In this document: piece by piece, positions 9,877-21,560 of the stretch
Layout: every line of letters begins with the position of its first letter
How positions within the stretch are numbered: position 1 is the stretch's first letter
NCBI GenBank assembly: GCA_963843795.1
Contig: CAWJLW010000006.1
Location: 806,001 to 870,000 of the forward strand
From: an uncultured bacterium
GTDB taxonomy: Bacteria > Armatimonadota > Abditibacteriia > Abditibacteriales > Abditibacteriaceae
DNA: 64,000 nucleotides
Reading direction: 5' to 3'
Position numbers and translations under genes: made by a program
The notes under the pieces: model-generated
What the model saw: only the letters and a program-made list of their open reading frames with translations
Database searches by the model: none
Told to the model about the DNA's origin: nothing

Positions 9877-9948
9877 GGCCTCATCGTCTATCGGTTAGGA
9901 CATCACTCTTTCAAGGTGAAGAGACGGGTTCGACTCCCGTTGAGGCTG
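9877..9948 (+). tRNA. tRNA-Glu(TTC), CCA not encoded
   Basis: Acceptor stem GGCCTCA/TGAGGCT; anticodon arm TCACT-CTTTCAA-GGTGA; T-arm ACGGG-TTCGACT-CCCGT. Confidence 0.95.
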
Positions 9949-9959
9949 TGGAAATTAAG

Positions 9960-9994
9960 AAAACGGAAATCGCGTTTGCGGTTTCCGTTTTTTT
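9960..9994 (+). terminator. Intrinsic terminator after the tRNA
   Basis: AAAACGGAAATCGC-gttt-GCGGTTTCCG followed by T7. Confidence 0.8.
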
Positions 9995-10072
9995 GCATAT
10001 TGTGACTTTGTGGCAAGATTGGTGCTGGAAAGTCAATAGTCACTGGATTTCCGTAGTAGTTACACTTTACTC

Positions 10073-11110
10073 ATGCAAGCACAACGTCCCGGCGATATTT
10101 TAGTCATTGAAAGTCAGGCTGCGAGTGCCGCTTTTATGCAACCAGAACTCGCGGCGCGCGGCCACAATGTGACGCTCGTGCGTTCTTCGGCGCACGCGCT
10201 GGAAAATCTCGACCGTTACACTTTTGATGTAGTTTTGTGCGCGCAAACGCTCAGTGACGGTTACGGCTTGCAGATTTGCGACGCCATCAAAAGCTCGCCC
10301 GATTTAGCGCACACTGCGTTTGGTTTATTGGTTGACCAGGCTTCTGACATCGATAACCTCGATTATCGTCCGAGCGGTTTGCGCGCGACCGAGCAAAGAG
10401 AATTGCGCCCGCCCGACGATTACATTGTGCGCGGCATTTCTGGCGACGAACTCAATGCGCGCGTGCAAACTTTGATGCGCATCGGACGTTATCAGCAAGA
10501 AATCAGCAATTCGATTGGCACGTTAGCTAAAATCGCTGAAGGCGTTGAAGAACAAGATGTGCGCATCGGCGGGCATTGTAAGCGCTTGTCGATTATGGCG
10601 GTCGAGTTGGGCCGCGTTTTGGGCTGCGATGAGTGGCAGCTCATCACGCTCGAACGTGCGGGCTATTTGCACGACATCGGTAAAGTTTCGATTCCGGGTG
10701 CTTTAATGGACAAAATCGAGCGCCTGTCGCCGCGCGAAATGGAAATCATTCAAGGCCATTGCATCGCGGGCGAACGTTTGTGTATGAACATAGTGGCACT
10801 CAAGCCGGTTTTGCCGATTATCCGTCATCATCACGAGCGCGCTGATGGCACCGGGTATCCCGACCGTTTGCGCGGCGAGCAGATTCCGATTTTAGCGCAA
10901 ATTTTTTCCATTCCCGATATTTACGAGTCGCTGCGCGTATGGCGGCCTTACCGCTTGGCGATGAAAGAAGCCCAAGCGATTGATGTGCTGCGGCAGGAAG
11001 TGGCACGCGGCTATTGGAATCGTCTGGTGTTCGATGCCTTTGTCGAAGAAGTCATTCCTGGCCTGAACGAACGTCTCGATTCTGCTCATGTGTTGTGGCC
11101 ACAAATTTGA
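10073..11110 (+). CDS. Receiver-like + HD-GYP c-di-GMP phosphodiesterase
   Basis: LHDIGK and HHERADGTGYP; atypical N-terminal receiver domain. Confidence 0.88.
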   Translation: MQAQRPGDILVIESQAASAAFMQPELAARGHNVTLVRSSAHALENLDRYTFDVVLCAQTLSDGYGLQICDAIKSSPDLAHTAFGLLVDQASDIDNLDYRPSGLRATEQRELRPPDDYIVRGISGDELNARVQTLMRIGRYQQEISNSIGTLAKIAEGVEEQDVRIGGHCKRLSIMAVELGRVLGCDEWQLITLERAGYLHDIGKVSIPGALMDKIERLSPREMEIIQGHCIAGERLCMNIVALKPVLPIIRHHHERADGTGYPDRLRGEQIPILAQIFSIPDIYESLRVWRPYRLAMKEAQAIDVLRQEVARGYWNRLVFDAFVEEVIPGLNERLDSAHVLWPQI

Positions 11111-11186
11111 AAATCTAGTGGAAATCCGGGCTTGAACTGGCAACTCTGCGACGGCGGCTCTAACCTTTTCCCACTGTGAAAACGCT

Positions 11187-13541
11187 ATGAAAATGAACCT
11201 GCTCAAAATTGCAACTTTTTCCTTTTTCTGCGCAGCCTCGACTTTGGTGCGCGCTCAAGAAACGCTTCCGCAGCGCGCCTTCGATTTCGGTGAAATCGCC
11301 ACACCCAAAACGATTTCCACGCAACTCCAAGCTTTTTCGCCTCAACGCGGCTTTGGCTGGCTTGGCGAAGGTTTGTTATTGCGCGACCGTCAAGCGCCCG
11401 ACAGCGTGCGACGCGATTTCGTGTTCGGCCATCAACCCGCCACATTTCGCATTACGGGCTTAAAGCCAGGACTGTACAAGCTCACCATTATCTCCGGTGA
11501 TGCTATTTACGGCGACCACAAAACGCAGGTTTCGATTGCCGGTACGCCCGCGCTGCCCCTACTCGAACCCAAATTGGGCGAATTTGTCACCTTAACAGCG
11601 ACGATTCGGTGCGGCGAAACTTGCGACATCGTTTTCGATTCGCCAGTCGAAAACTGGGCCGTGAATGCGCTGACGCTGGAACCGACTACTCAAATTCTTG
11701 CTCCCGTCATGAACACAGAAATTTTTAAACCGCACTGGGAAATTCCCGCTTCCGATCCGACGAAACCGTTGGTGGCTAATCTTCTCCGCACGCCCCAACC
11801 ACGCGATTTTCGTTCGACTGAACTTTCGCGCGCCGCTTATCTGAAGCTCATCGCGGGCGAAGTTGATTTCTGGAAAACCCAGCAAAACGCGCAGGGCGCG
11901 ATCATCGACCCGTATAAAAAAATCGAATGGCAATACTCGACGCCCGCTTATGCACACGCGGCGGCGGCTCTGGTGGCGTGGCAAAAGCGCGACGATTTGC
12001 TGGAAAGTGCGGCGCTCGCGATGGATTGGGCGACGCACAGCCTGGGTCAGCGCGCAGCGGCCAATAATCACGAAGATTTCTATGCGCCGATGCTGGCACA
12101 CGCGCTGCGTTTGCTCAAGCCGCGCGTGGATACCCAACGTGCCGCACGTTGGGAAGCCGAACTGCAATTCGACCCGCTAAAAATTTATCGCGCCGGGCCG
12201 GGCACCAGCAATTGGAATGTCGTGGCGTTATCGGGCGAAGCCTTGTTGCAAAATATGGGTGTGCGCACACAATACAAGGATTACGTCGAAAAAGCGTTGG
12301 GTGGTCAATCTCAGCATTTCCGGTCGCCATACGGCTTGTATCTCGAAGGTCCGATGGCCTACGATCACTTTCCGCGCCTCTGGCTGGCCGATCTTATCGC
12401 TGATGGTTACAACGGCCCGTATCACGCTGAACTTACGGACACCATGCGGCGCGCGGCTCTCACCAGCTTGTTTATGCAATCGCCGTGGGGCGAATTGCCC
12501 GCCGGCGGACGCAGCGCGCACCATCAATGGAATGAGGCCGAGCAGTGCGTCACTTACGAAGTGTTCGCCGCGCGCGCATTGGCTGGTGGCGATGTGGCAT
12601 TAGCGGGCGTTTACAAGCGCGCGGCGCATTTGGCACTGGCCTCAATGCGGCGTTGGGTGCGTTCCAGTGGCGAAATGCAGATCGTGAAAAACTGGGTTAA
12701 TCCCGCCCAAAATCACGCATTTGAAGGCTATTCAGCGCATTCGCAATACAATTTGCTGCCGATGTCGATGCTCGCTATCGCTTACGAACGCGCGGCCTCG
12801 ACCGAGCAAATTGCTGAAAAGCCCGCGCCCGCCGATGTCGGCGGCTTTGTCCTGAATTTGCCTGAATTGCACAAAGTTTTTGCCAATGCGAGCGGAACTT
12901 ACATTGAAATCGATACTTCTGCAGATCATCATTACGACGCGACCGGTTTGATTCGCGTCCACATGAAAAACCTCGCGCCACAGTTGGGGCCAAGCGATAG
13001 CGTTTTAGCCAAGCCAAGTTATCGCGTTCCTGCTGATAGCCCGCAAACTCAAAACACCGGCGTCGGTGTAGCATGGCAAGATGGCGATAAACAATGGCAC
13101 CGAATGGGCGACTTATCAAGCGCACAAATTCAAAAAGTCGAAGTAAAAACTGTTTCTGCAACACCGCAGCGCGTTGAATTTGAAGTGACTTACAGTGGCA
13201 ATTTGTTCGGCGTCGAGCAAATCATCGAGCATTACGTTGTGAGCGCGGGCCGCGTGGAATTGACGACCCAAGTGCCAAATTATGCTGGCCCGTTGCGTTA
13301 TGTGTGGCCGATTTTGGCTGATGATGGAAAAAGCAAAAGCGAGATTCGCGTGAATGAAAAAACGGTGAGCGTTTCCCGTCAAGGTGAGACGATGGCGCAA
13401 AGTTTCGCGACGACGGGTGCGCAAAATGTGCGAGTAGAAGACGAATTGTATCCCAATCACAATGGCTGGGCGCGTCTGGGCGTGGCGGAGTTTCCTCGCG
13501 GCGGGAAAATTGCGTTGGTGATGGCAGCGAAGAAAAATTGA
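11187..13541 (+). CDS. Secreted hypothetical protein (galactose-binding-like N-terminal domain, probable carbohydrate-active enzyme)
   Basis: Signal peptide; FDFG...RGFGW beta-sandwich-like start; native codon usage. Confidence 0.6.
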   Translation: MKMNLLKIATFSFFCAASTLVRAQETLPQRAFDFGEIATPKTISTQLQAFSPQRGFGWLGEGLLLRDRQAPDSVRRDFVFGHQPATFRITGLKPGLYKLTIISGDAIYGDHKTQVSIAGTPALPLLEPKLGEFVTLTATIRCGETCDIVFDSPVENWAVNALTLEPTTQILAPVMNTEIFKPHWEIPASDPTKPLVANLLRTPQPRDFRSTELSRAAYLKLIAGEVDFWKTQQNAQGAIIDPYKKIEWQYSTPAYAHAAAALVAWQKRDDLLESAALAMDWATHSLGQRAAANNHEDFYAPMLAHALRLLKPRVDTQRAARWEAELQFDPLKIYRAGPGTSNWNVVALSGEALLQNMGVRTQYKDYVEKALGGQSQHFRSPYGLYLEGPMAYDHFPRLWLADLIADGYNGPYHAELTDTMRRAALTSLFMQSPWGELPAGGRSAHHQWNEAEQCVTYEVFAARALAGGDVALAGVYKRAAHLALASMRRWVRSSGEMQIVKNWVNPAQNHAFEGYSAHSQYNLLPMSMLAIAYERAASTEQIAEKPAPADVGGFVLNLPELHKVFANASGTYIEIDTSADHHYDATGLIRVHMKNLAPQLGPSDSVLAKPSYRVPADSPQTQNTGVGVAWQDGDKQWHRMGDLSSAQIQKVEVKTVSATPQRVEFEVTYSGNLFGVEQIIEHYVVSAGRVELTTQVPNYAGPLRYVWPILADDGKSKSEIRVNEKTVSVSRQGETMAQSFATTGAQNVRVEDELYPNHNGWARLGVAEFPRGGKIALVMAAKKN

Positions 13542-13546
13542 AATGA

Positions 13547-13600
13547 TTTAGACGCGAAAAGCGCCCTGCAAGTACTTGCAGGGCGCTTTTCGCGTCTAAA
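13547..13600. terminator. 54-bp perfect core-centred palindrome between convergent genes
   Basis: TTTAGACGCGAAAAGCGCCCT-core-AGGGCGCTTTTCGCGTCTAAA. Confidence 0.85.
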
Positions 13601-15203
13601 ATTCATCCATAATCAAAACGCCATCGTGAATGCGAAACGTGATGCGCGGCGGCTCAAAGTCGGGCGTGACTTTTTGGAAAAAGGTGCGGTCGTTGGTCAC
13701 CACAAACGCGCCGCTGCGGCGGGCTTCGCGCGCCAGAATTTCGTCAGCTTCCTGTCCGGGACGCGTGATTTCAATTTCACCCACGCGAATCATTTCCAAC
13801 AGCTCGGCGCTTTCGTCAATGTTGTGTGGCAATGAGGCATCGGCCACGATATGAATTGGGAAACAATCGCGGCGTCGCAGTTCATCGCGCATCGCCAGCA
13901 AGTGGCGCAACTGGCCGCGGCCGTAACGATCTTTTTCGTGGCGCGCCACATTCGAAGCATCAACCATTACGCGCGTAGTATCGGCAGTCAAAACGCGGCC
14001 ATAATAGCGATCCAACGAGCGCAACGCTTCCATAAAAACGCGATAGCCTTTTTCGTTGCTGTCTTTAAGCGTGTCTAAGGCCTGCACCAGTGGAAACACC
14101 CATTCTTCATCGTTGGCGTCGATACGGCGCTGCACTTCGCGCGGCGAAACACGAAATTCTCTCCCATCAGATTTCCAAATATAAAGCTTGTCGAGAGGTG
14201 AAATCACCGGCGTTTTTTTGGCGGTCACTTTGGCTTTGACCGGCTTTTCCACCGGTTTAATTTTGGCTGGTGTCGGCTGCAGTTCTGCCAATTGCGCCCG
14301 GACCTGAGTTAATTGCTTGCGCAAATCTTCGCTGATTTCTTGCTGACGACGCATCTGGCGCTTGCATTTTTTGTCGTCGGCCTCCAAATCCTCGTGTTCG
14401 CGCTGCACATGGCGCAAACGACGATTAGTGCGGTCGAGCGTTTTTTGGGTTTCGGCCAATTCGCTTTCGGCCTTTTCCGCTTTGAGCGTTTCGGCTTTTA
14501 ATGAACGTTGCAGTGATTTCATTTCCACACGCAACAATTCTTGCGTGCGCCGCGCGTTGTCGCGCGCTTGTTCCAGCGCGCCCATCAAGGCTTCGCTGCG
14601 TGCGCGCGCTTCGTCTAATTGCGTTTGCAATCGCGCGATGACGCGCTCATTGTTTTCAACTTCTGCAAGTACTTGCGGCGCGTTTTCTAACGAGTCGTTG
14701 GGCAAATGTTCGTGAGATGGTTCGATTTCCGGCGTAGTCTCGTCGGGATTTTCCAGTACTTCCACGGCATCGGCGATGCCTTCGATGGCATCGAGAGCTT
14801 TCTCTCGGCGCAGATGAGCGAGCGTTAGAATCAAGGCTTCGCCGCCATGCTGCTGCCACAAGTGCGGCAATTGTTCGATTAAAGCGCTATCTTCTTGCGC
14901 TTCGACGGTGGCCAAAATGCTCGGCTCGGTTTTCGTCCAGGCTTCGATGAGCGAACGCAAATCGTCGGGATTTTGTTCCAGATGCTTGCTCAAACGGTTG
15001 CGAATAATCGGCTGGCGTAGCGCACCGGTATTAGATTGAAAGCCGCGCGTGATGGTGTGGAGCAGACTGAGATTTTCGTCTTGGTTAAGCCATCGCCATA
15101 AATCGCGTCCGGCCAGAGAGCGCACCAGCCACGCCACGACTTCTGCGGGCAGTTCGCTCAGCAAGTCGTTTTCGGTTGGCGCAGTCGTGATGTCTGGAGT
15201 CAT
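13596..15203 (-). CDS. Coiled-coil protein with C-terminal NYN/PIN (Zc3h12a-like) ribonuclease domain
   Basis: VMVDASNVA...ADASL...EADE...FVVTNDRTF acidic motif set; long central coiled coil. Confidence 0.72.
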   Translation of the reverse strand: MTPDITTAPTENDLLSELPAEVVAWLVRSLAGRDLWRWLNQDENLSLLHTITRGFQSNTGALRQPIIRNRLSKHLEQNPDDLRSLIEAWTKTEPSILATVEAQEDSALIEQLPHLWQQHGGEALILTLAHLRREKALDAIEGIADAVEVLENPDETTPEIEPSHEHLPNDSLENAPQVLAEVENNERVIARLQTQLDEARARSEALMGALEQARDNARRTQELLRVEMKSLQRSLKAETLKAEKAESELAETQKTLDRTNRRLRHVQREHEDLEADDKKCKRQMRRQQEISEDLRKQLTQVRAQLAELQPTPAKIKPVEKPVKAKVTAKKTPVISPLDKLYIWKSDGREFRVSPREVQRRIDANDEEWVFPLVQALDTLKDSNEKGYRVFMEALRSLDRYYGRVLTADTTRVMVDASNVARHEKDRYGRGQLRHLLAMRDELRRRDCFPIHIVADASLPHNIDESAELLEMIRVGEIEITRPGQEADEILAREARRSGAFVVTNDRTFFQKVTPDFEPPRITFRIHDGVLIMDEF

Positions 15204-15318
15204 GAAATTAGGTGATGGAAATGGGCGGTGCGGCTACTGGAAGAACATCGAAAAGGTTCGGACGATGCGCATTTGGTTCCCGCCCGGTCAGCTTATCAAC
15301 CCGGGCGGGAACCAAACG

Positions 15319-18198
15319 TTACGCCGCCATCAATTCGCGCAGCACAAACGGCAAGATGCCACCATGTCGGTAATATTCGACTTCAATTGGCGTATCAATC
15401 CGCAAGCGCACTTTGACTTCTTGTTGCGTCCCATCCGCACGATGCACGCGCAACGTCACTTCCGAAAGTGGCTTGATTTCATCCAAACCCACCACATCGA
15501 ACGTTTCGCTGCCGTCCAAATTCAACGATGCGGCGCTATCGCCTTCTTTCCATTGCAGTGGAAGAACGCCCATACCGACCAGATTCGAACGATGGATACG
15601 TTCGTAGCTTTGCGCAATCACGGCTCGCACGCCCAGAAGCCGCGTGCCTTTGGCTGCCCAGTCGCGCGAACTGCCCGTGCCATACTCGGTGCCTGCAATT
15701 ACAATCAAAGGCACTTTGGCTTCTTGATATTTGATGGATGCATCATAAATCGACATTTGCTCGCCATCGGGCTGATGTTTAGTCACGCCGCCTTCAACGC
15801 CGGGCACCATCAGATTTTTGATGCGAACGTTAGCGAAGGTGCCGCGCGTCATGACGCGGTCGTTGCCACGTCGCGCGCCATACGAATTGAAGTCGCCAAT
15901 CGCCACGCCATTCTCCTGCAAGTACTTGCCAGCGGGAGAAGTGGGCTTAATGGCACCTGCGGGTGAAATGTGATCGGTCGTGACCGAATCGCCGAAAATC
16001 GCCAGCGGCCGCGCGCCTGTGATATCGCCTGAGCCAGTGCTCTCGTCCAATTTCGCCGTGAAATTATCGAAGAAAGGCGGTTCTTGAATGTAAGTCGAAT
16101 CGGGATTCCATTCGTAAACTTCGCCGGTTGGCGCGGAAACTTCGTTCCACATCGGGCTAATCGCTTCGAAATCGCTATACATCCGCTTGAAAGTTTCGGA
16201 ATTGAACGCGGTTTTTAACAGTTCGCTGACTTCGTCGGTTTCTGGCCAAATGTCTTTCAAAAACACATCTTTGCCTTCTTTTGTCTGGCCCAGCGGTTCG
16301 TTGTCCAGATCAATATCCACGCGACCGGCGAGTGCAAATGCAACGACCAGCGGCGGTGACATTAAAAAGTTAGCTTTTACGTTTTGATGTACACGCGCCT
16401 CGAAGTTGCGATTGCCCGATAGTACACTCGCGACGACTAAATCGTTTTGAGTCACTACGTCTTCGATACGCGGATCGAGCGGGCCGCTGTTGCCAATACA
16501 TGTTGTGCAGCCATAGCCGACGGTTTGAAAACCAAGCGTGTCCAAAAATGGCTGCAAGCCAGTCGCATCCAGATATTCGGTCACAACACGACTACCGGGC
16601 GCGAGACTGGCTTTAACGGTCGCGGGGATCTGCAAACCCAATTCGACAGCTTTTTTTGCGACCAGGCCAGCAGCCAGCATAACGCTGGGGTTGCTGGTGT
16701 TGGTACAACTGGTGATGGCCGCAATGACCACGTCCCCGTGTCCCAAATCTGCGTTGCCACCATGAAACTCTTCACTGAGTGCTTGCGGGGATCCTTCGAT
16801 ACGGTCGGGCGCGGGCCGGTTATCTACCATTTCGCGTTCGGTCAGGGTCGAAGTATTTTTGAAATTCGACAGCGGATCGTGACCGGCGGGAATGTGTTCC
16901 TGATCGCCGCCACCTTCAACAGTGCGCGCGCGTCGAAAACTCAACGGCGTGATGAAGCGCTCGTTGACTTGTTCGGGCGTTTTGGCATAACCGCTGCGTC
17001 CGACTGGTGCAACCAAAAGTTCCTCGAAACGCTGCTTCAATTCGTCCAGATCAATGCGATCTTGCGGACGCTTTGGCCCAGCCACTGCGGGCACAATCGA
17101 ACCTAAATCGAGTTCCAAACTTTGCGAGTAATCAATGTCGCCTTCCTGTGGCATTCCATAAAGGCCTTGCGCTTGGAAATAATTTTTGAAGGTTTCTACA
17201 TGGCTTTCCTCGCGTCCGGTGGCTCGCAAGTACTTGCAAGTCTCGTCATCGACTGGAAAAAAGCCCATCGTCGCGCCATATTCGGGTGCCATATTCGCAA
17301 TCGTAGCGCGGTCGGGCAGCGACAAGTTGGCAGCGCCTTCGCCGTAAAATTCGACGAATTTGCCCACAACTTTAGCACCACGCAGCATTTCCGTCACGCG
17401 CAAAACCAAATCGGTCGCGGTCACGCCTTCGCGCAATTTGCCTTTGAGATTGACGCCCACGACATCGGGCGTCAGAAAATAAACCGGCTGCCCCAACATT
17501 CCCGCTTCGGCTTCAATGCCACCAACGCCCCAGCCGACGATGCCCAGACCGTTAATCATCGTAGTGTGAGAATCGGTGCCGACCAACGTGTCGGGATAAA
17601 AAACGTTGTCCCTTTGTAGCACGCCTTTAGCAAGATATTCCAGGTTCACCTGATGCACGATACCGATTCCGGGCGGCACGACGCCGAACGAACTGAACGC
17701 GCCCATGCCCCATTTCAAAAACTGATAGCGGCTCTGATTGCGCTTGAATTCCATTTCCATGTTCAATTGCAGCGCATTGGGCACGGACGAAAAATCGACC
17801 TGAACCGAGTGATCGACGACCAAATCAACCGGCACCAAAGGCTCGATAATTTTGGGATCGGCGCCGCAACGTTGCGCGGCGCTGCGCATGGCGGCCAAGT
17901 CAACTACGAGCGGCACGCCGGTGAAATCTTGCAAAACGATACGCGCGACGACGAAGGGAATTTCTGCGGTGCGTTCTTCATTGGGCTTCCAGTTGGCCAA
18001 AGCGCGCACGTTGTCTTCGTCGATTTTCTGCCCGTCGCAGTTGCGCAAAACTGATTCGAGAACAATACGAATCGAAACCGGCAAGCGTGAAATCGGGCCG
18101 ATGTTTTGGGTTTCGAGTTGAGGCAACGAATAAAATTGGGCTTGACTGTTATCGCCGGTGGGGAAAGTTTGCAGGGTGTCAAAAAGTGAATGGGGCAT
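15319..18198 (-). CDS. acnA: Aconitate hydratase A
   Basis: [32 protein letters not shown] and [10 protein letters not shown]. Confidence 0.98.
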   Translation of the reverse strand: MPHSLFDTLQTFPTGDNSQAQFYSLPQLETQNIGPISRLPVSIRIVLESVLRNCDGQKIDEDNVRALANWKPNEERTAEIPFVVARIVLQDFTGVPLVVDLAAMRSAAQRCGADPKIIEPLVPVDLVVDHSVQVDFSSVPNALQLNMEMEFKRNQSRYQFLKWGMGAFSSFGVVPPGIGIVHQVNLEYLAKGVLQRDNVFYPDTLVGTDSHTTMINGLGIVGWGVGGIEAEAGMLGQPVYFLTPDVVGVNLKGKLREGVTATDLVLRVTEMLRGAKVVGKFVEFYGEGAANLSLPDRATIANMAPEYGATMGFFPVDDETCKYLRATGREESHVETFKNYFQAQGLYGMPQEGDIDYSQSLELDLGSIVPAVAGPKRPQDRIDLDELKQRFEELLVAPVGRSGYAKTPEQVNERFITPLSFRRARTVEGGGDQEHIPAGHDPLSNFKNTSTLTEREMVDNRPAPDRIEGSPQALSEEFHGGNADLGHGDVVIAAITSCTNTSNPSVMLAAGLVAKKAVELGLQIPATVKASLAPGSRVVTEYLDATGLQPFLDTLGFQTVGYGCTTCIGNSGPLDPRIEDVVTQNDLVVASVLSGNRNFEARVHQNVKANFLMSPPLVVAFALAGRVDIDLDNEPLGQTKEGKDVFLKDIWPETDEVSELLKTAFNSETFKRMYSDFEAISPMWNEVSAPTGEVYEWNPDSTYIQEPPFFDNFTAKLDESTGSGDITGARPLAIFGDSVTTDHISPAGAIKPTSPAGKYLQENGVAIGDFNSYGARRGNDRVMTRGTFANVRIKNLMVPGVEGGVTKHQPDGEQMSIYDASIKYQEAKVPLIVIAGTEYGTGSSRDWAAKGTRLLGVRAVIAQSYERIHRSNLVGMGVLPLQWKEGDSAASLNLDGSETFDVVGLDEIKPLSEVTLRVHRADGTQQEVKVRLRIDTPIEVEYYRHGGILPFVLRELMAA

Positions 18199-18431
18199 GT
18201 GAGTTCCTTTGTGCGTTTATTTTCACTAAGTTTAGTGTGACGCAATGCGCAGAGCCGCGACGGTGATATTCTGCAAGTACTTGCGTCAACTTTTCGTGCG
18301 CAAGCGAACTGTCGGGCGCGGACCGCTGAGCGGTGGCAAGTACTTGCCGTGCGCAAATATCATGACGAAAACGCATCTGCTAAAATAAGATCGTTTGTGC
18401 TTTCTCGCAGAACCTATCACGGAATTCTTTT

Positions 18432-20324
18432 ATGAAGCGTCTTTTCCTGTTTGCCGCGCTGATTTTCCCGCTTGTTGTGTCCGGTTGCGCCGAAGAAAAG
18501 TTCGTCAATTCTACGGTTACGTCCAACGCCGTCACCCAGAATCCATCCGCTAATGCAGCCAAGTCAGCCGGAAACACCGAAGGCGCCGATTTCGTCAAGG
18601 CCGTCGAGCCACCATCGAAGCCCGGCAAATACGGTGGCACGCTCACTGATTCTTCGCTGGGCGACCCCAAAACTTTCAATCTCTGGGTTTCGGCTGAAGC
18701 GAGTTCATCCGATGCGGTCGGTCAACTTTACGATGCTTTATTGGCGCGCAACCCTTATACGCAGGAATGGGAAGGCCATTTGGCTGAACTCCCCAAGATT
18801 TCTGCAGATAACCTGACGTGGACATTCACGCTCAAGCCGGATTTAAAGTGGAGCGACGGTCAGCCGATTACCGCCGATGACATCATCTTCACGCTCGATG
18901 CCGTGTATGACGAAAAAGTGCAGACCAATATGCGCGAAGGAATGCTTCTGGACGCGCCCGATGGCAAAGGCGGTTTCAAACGCGTGCCGTTGGTTTACAA
19001 AAAAATCGACGCGCGTATTGTGGAGTTCAAATTTCCCGCGCCCTATGCGCCCGCGCGCGAAATTCTCAGCTTTCCCATCGCGCCCAAACACAAACTGTAT
19101 TCGTCGTGGAAAAGCGGGCAGCCCACCAAAACCCAGTTCAATTCGACATGGGGCGTCAATGTTGATGTGAAAGAATTGGTTTCGAGCGGGCCGTGGCTTT
19201 TAGATTCTTATGTGCCCGGGCAGCGTTTGGTTTACAAGCGCAACCCGAATTATTGGAAGAAAGGCGTCGATGGCAAAGCGCTGCCCTACCTCGACCGCTA
19301 TGTCACGCTCATCGTGCCCGATAAAAACACGCTGACTTTGAAATTTCGCGCGGGCGATACCGACATTACCGAAATTCAACACACCGATTATCCCAGCTTC
19401 AAAAGCGGCGAAAAGCAGGGCAATTACACGACTTACGATCTTGGCCCATCGAGCACCACAAACTTTATCTCGTTCAACCAGAATCCGCGTTCGGTCGTGG
19501 CCAAGAAACAACCTTGGCTCATCAAAGCCTTTCGCGATACGCGTTTTCGGCAGGCATTGGCGTTCGCGATGAATCGACAGCGCATTATCGATCAGGTTTT
19601 CGTCGGATTGGCGCAGCCGCTTTACGGCCCGCAATCGCCGTGGAACAAACAGTTTTACACCGACAAAATCGCGCAGTATCCCTACGATCCGGCCAAAGCC
19701 AAAACCTTGCTTCAAGAAATGGGTTTGAAAGATAGCAACGGCAACGGTATTTTGGAGCTGGACGGGCACGACCTTAAATTCAATATCCTGACCAACGTGG
19801 AAAACAACCAGCGCAAAATTATGGTGGCGATTGTCGCCGACGATTTTCGTAAAATCGGTTTGGGTGCGACGTTCACCACCATCAACGCCAACACGATGTT
19901 CGGAAAAATGGACACCAAACCGCAACAGGGCCAACCGTATCCGCCGTTCGATTGGCAGGCCGCGATGTTCGGTTTCACCGGCGGCGGCGTGGATCCGATT
20001 AACGGACGCAATATCTGGTCGAGCACGGGGAATTTGCACACCTGGTATCCCTATCAGGAAAAGCCCGACACCAAATGGGAAAAAGAAATCGACGATATTT
20101 TCCGCGAAGGCGCGCAAGAAATGGACGAAACCAAACGCAAAGCGATGTATGATCGGTGGCAGCAAATCGTCGCCGAACAGCAACCATTGATTTACACCGT
20201 CACGCCCAATTCACTGGCCGCGCTACGCAACAAATTCGGCAATATCAAGCCCTCGAACGCAGCGGGTGTGCTGTGGAATATTGAAGACGTTTACGCTTTG
20301 GACGCTACGCGCGACACTCCTTAA
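18432..20324 (+). CDS. Peptide/nickel ABC transporter substrate-binding lipoprotein (OppA/DppA family)
   Basis: Lipobox VSG-C; GGTL..DPKTFN, KWSDGQPITADD and RNPNYW. Confidence 0.93.
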   Translation: MKRLFLFAALIFPLVVSGCAEEKFVNSTVTSNAVTQNPSANAAKSAGNTEGADFVKAVEPPSKPGKYGGTLTDSSLGDPKTFNLWVSAEASSSDAVGQLYDALLARNPYTQEWEGHLAELPKISADNLTWTFTLKPDLKWSDGQPITADDIIFTLDAVYDEKVQTNMREGMLLDAPDGKGGFKRVPLVYKKIDARIVEFKFPAPYAPAREILSFPIAPKHKLYSSWKSGQPTKTQFNSTWGVNVDVKELVSSGPWLLDSYVPGQRLVYKRNPNYWKKGVDGKALPYLDRYVTLIVPDKNTLTLKFRAGDTDITEIQHTDYPSFKSGEKQGNYTTYDLGPSSTTNFISFNQNPRSVVAKKQPWLIKAFRDTRFRQALAFAMNRQRIIDQVFVGLAQPLYGPQSPWNKQFYTDKIAQYPYDPAKAKTLLQEMGLKDSNGNGILELDGHDLKFNILTNVENNQRKIMVAIVADDFRKIGLGATFTTINANTMFGKMDTKPQQGQPYPPFDWQAAMFGFTGGGVDPINGRNIWSSTGNLHTWYPYQEKPDTKWEKEIDDIFREGAQEMDETKRKAMYDRWQQIVAEQQPLIYTVTPNSLAALRNKFGNIKPSNAAGVLWNIEDVYALDATRDTP

Positions 20325-20368
20325 CTGCTTCTGCAAGTACTTGTAGCCCAATCTTCCACTTCTCGCTT

Positions 20369-21334
20369 ATGATTCGCTTCATTGTGCGCCGAATTTTGCA
20401 ACTGCTGCCTTTGCTAATTGGCATCACCTTCATTTCGTTCGTCGTGATGCAACTGGCGCCGGGCGATTATCTCACCAATTTGCGCTCGCAGCCGCAAATT
20501 AAGCCCGAAACCATCGAGCGTTTATCACGCGAATTCGGTTTGGATAAGCCGTGGTATCAGCAGTTCGGATTATGGATTTGGAATGCGTTTCACGGCGATT
20601 TCGGATTTTCGTTCACCTATAAAATCGGCGTTTTTCCGCTCATCGGACAGCGTTTGTACTATACGTTTTTGCTCGGTTTTTATTCGACGCTGCTGGCGTG
20701 GGCGGTCGCGATTCCGCTCGGCATTTACACCGCGCGCCATCGCAATTCGCCGCTCGACCGACTGGCTAACTTTCTCGCGTTCAGTGGTATTTCGCTGCCC
20801 GGATTTTTCGTGGCGCTTTTGGCGATGTTGCTGGCGCAGCAAAGCGGCTGGTTTCCGGTCGGCGGCGCGACCAGCGTGGGCTACGATTCAATGTCGCAAT
20901 GGGAAAAAATTAAAGATACCGGTTGGCATTTAATCTTGCCGGTTCTGGTTCTGGGTACGCGCGGCGTCGCCGGTTTGATGCGACAAATGCGCGGCAACGT
21001 TTTAGATGTGCTGGGCGAAAATTACATTTTGGCCGCGCGCGCGCGCGGTTTGGCCGAACGCCGCGTGGTGTGGAAACACGCCGTGCGCAACTCGATTAAC
21101 CCGCTCATTACGCTTTTCGGCTACGAAATCTCCGGCTTGCTGGCGGGCGCGGCTTTGGTCGAAAACGTGATGGCGTGGCCCGGTTTGGGACGCTTGCTGC
21201 TCGAATCGGTGCAAACCCAAGATTTATACGTCGCGATGGGTTCGTTCGTGATGGGCGGCGTTCTGCTCATCGCCGGCAACCTGATCGCCGATGTTTTGTT
21301 GGCTGTTACTGATCCGCGAATTCGTTTCGAGTGA
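20369..21334 (+). CDS. Peptide ABC transporter permease (OppB/DppB family)
   Basis: APGD, GLDKP, YILAARARG EAA loop, WPGLG and DPRI. Confidence 0.95.
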   Translation: MIRFIVRRILQLLPLLIGITFISFVVMQLAPGDYLTNLRSQPQIKPETIERLSREFGLDKPWYQQFGLWIWNAFHGDFGFSFTYKIGVFPLIGQRLYYTFLLGFYSTLLAWAVAIPLGIYTARHRNSPLDRLANFLAFSGISLPGFFVALLAMLLAQQSGWFPVGGATSVGYDSMSQWEKIKDTGWHLILPVLVLGTRGVAGLMRQMRGNVLDVLGENYILAARARGLAERRVVWKHAVRNSINPLITLFGYEISGLLAGAALVENVMAWPGLGRLLLESVQTQDLYVAMGSFVMGGVLLIAGNLIADVLLAVTDPRIRFE

Positions 21335-21349
21335 ATTGAATTTGAAAAT

Positions 21350-21387
21350 CAAAAAGCGCGCTGCAAGTACTTGCAGCGCGCTTTTTG
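21350..21387. terminator. 38-bp perfect core-centred palindrome (left island boundary)
   Basis: CAAAAAGCGCGCT-core-AGCGCGCTTTTTG. Confidence 0.85.
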
Positions 21388-21560
21388 TCTTTCCTTGTTT
21401 ATCCCGAAAATTGATTTCGCCAGAATTTCGCGTACTGCTTACTCGTTAGTTTAATACCGATCGTTATTATAAATTTTATTAATGCAATTACATAAACTGC
21501 GAAATATGATTTATAATGACTTCACCTTTGGTCGAAAGGACATTTTTTAGGAGGTCGCAC

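Noticed and set aside
9877..9948. tRNA-Glu as an integration site for an island
   Set aside because: No integrase nearby, no duplicated tRNA 3' end seen, and flanking genes look native.
16760..16950. Insertion in AcnA as an intein or mobile element
   Set aside because: Short, lacks intein terminal residues, and lies in a linker region where AcnA length is known to vary.
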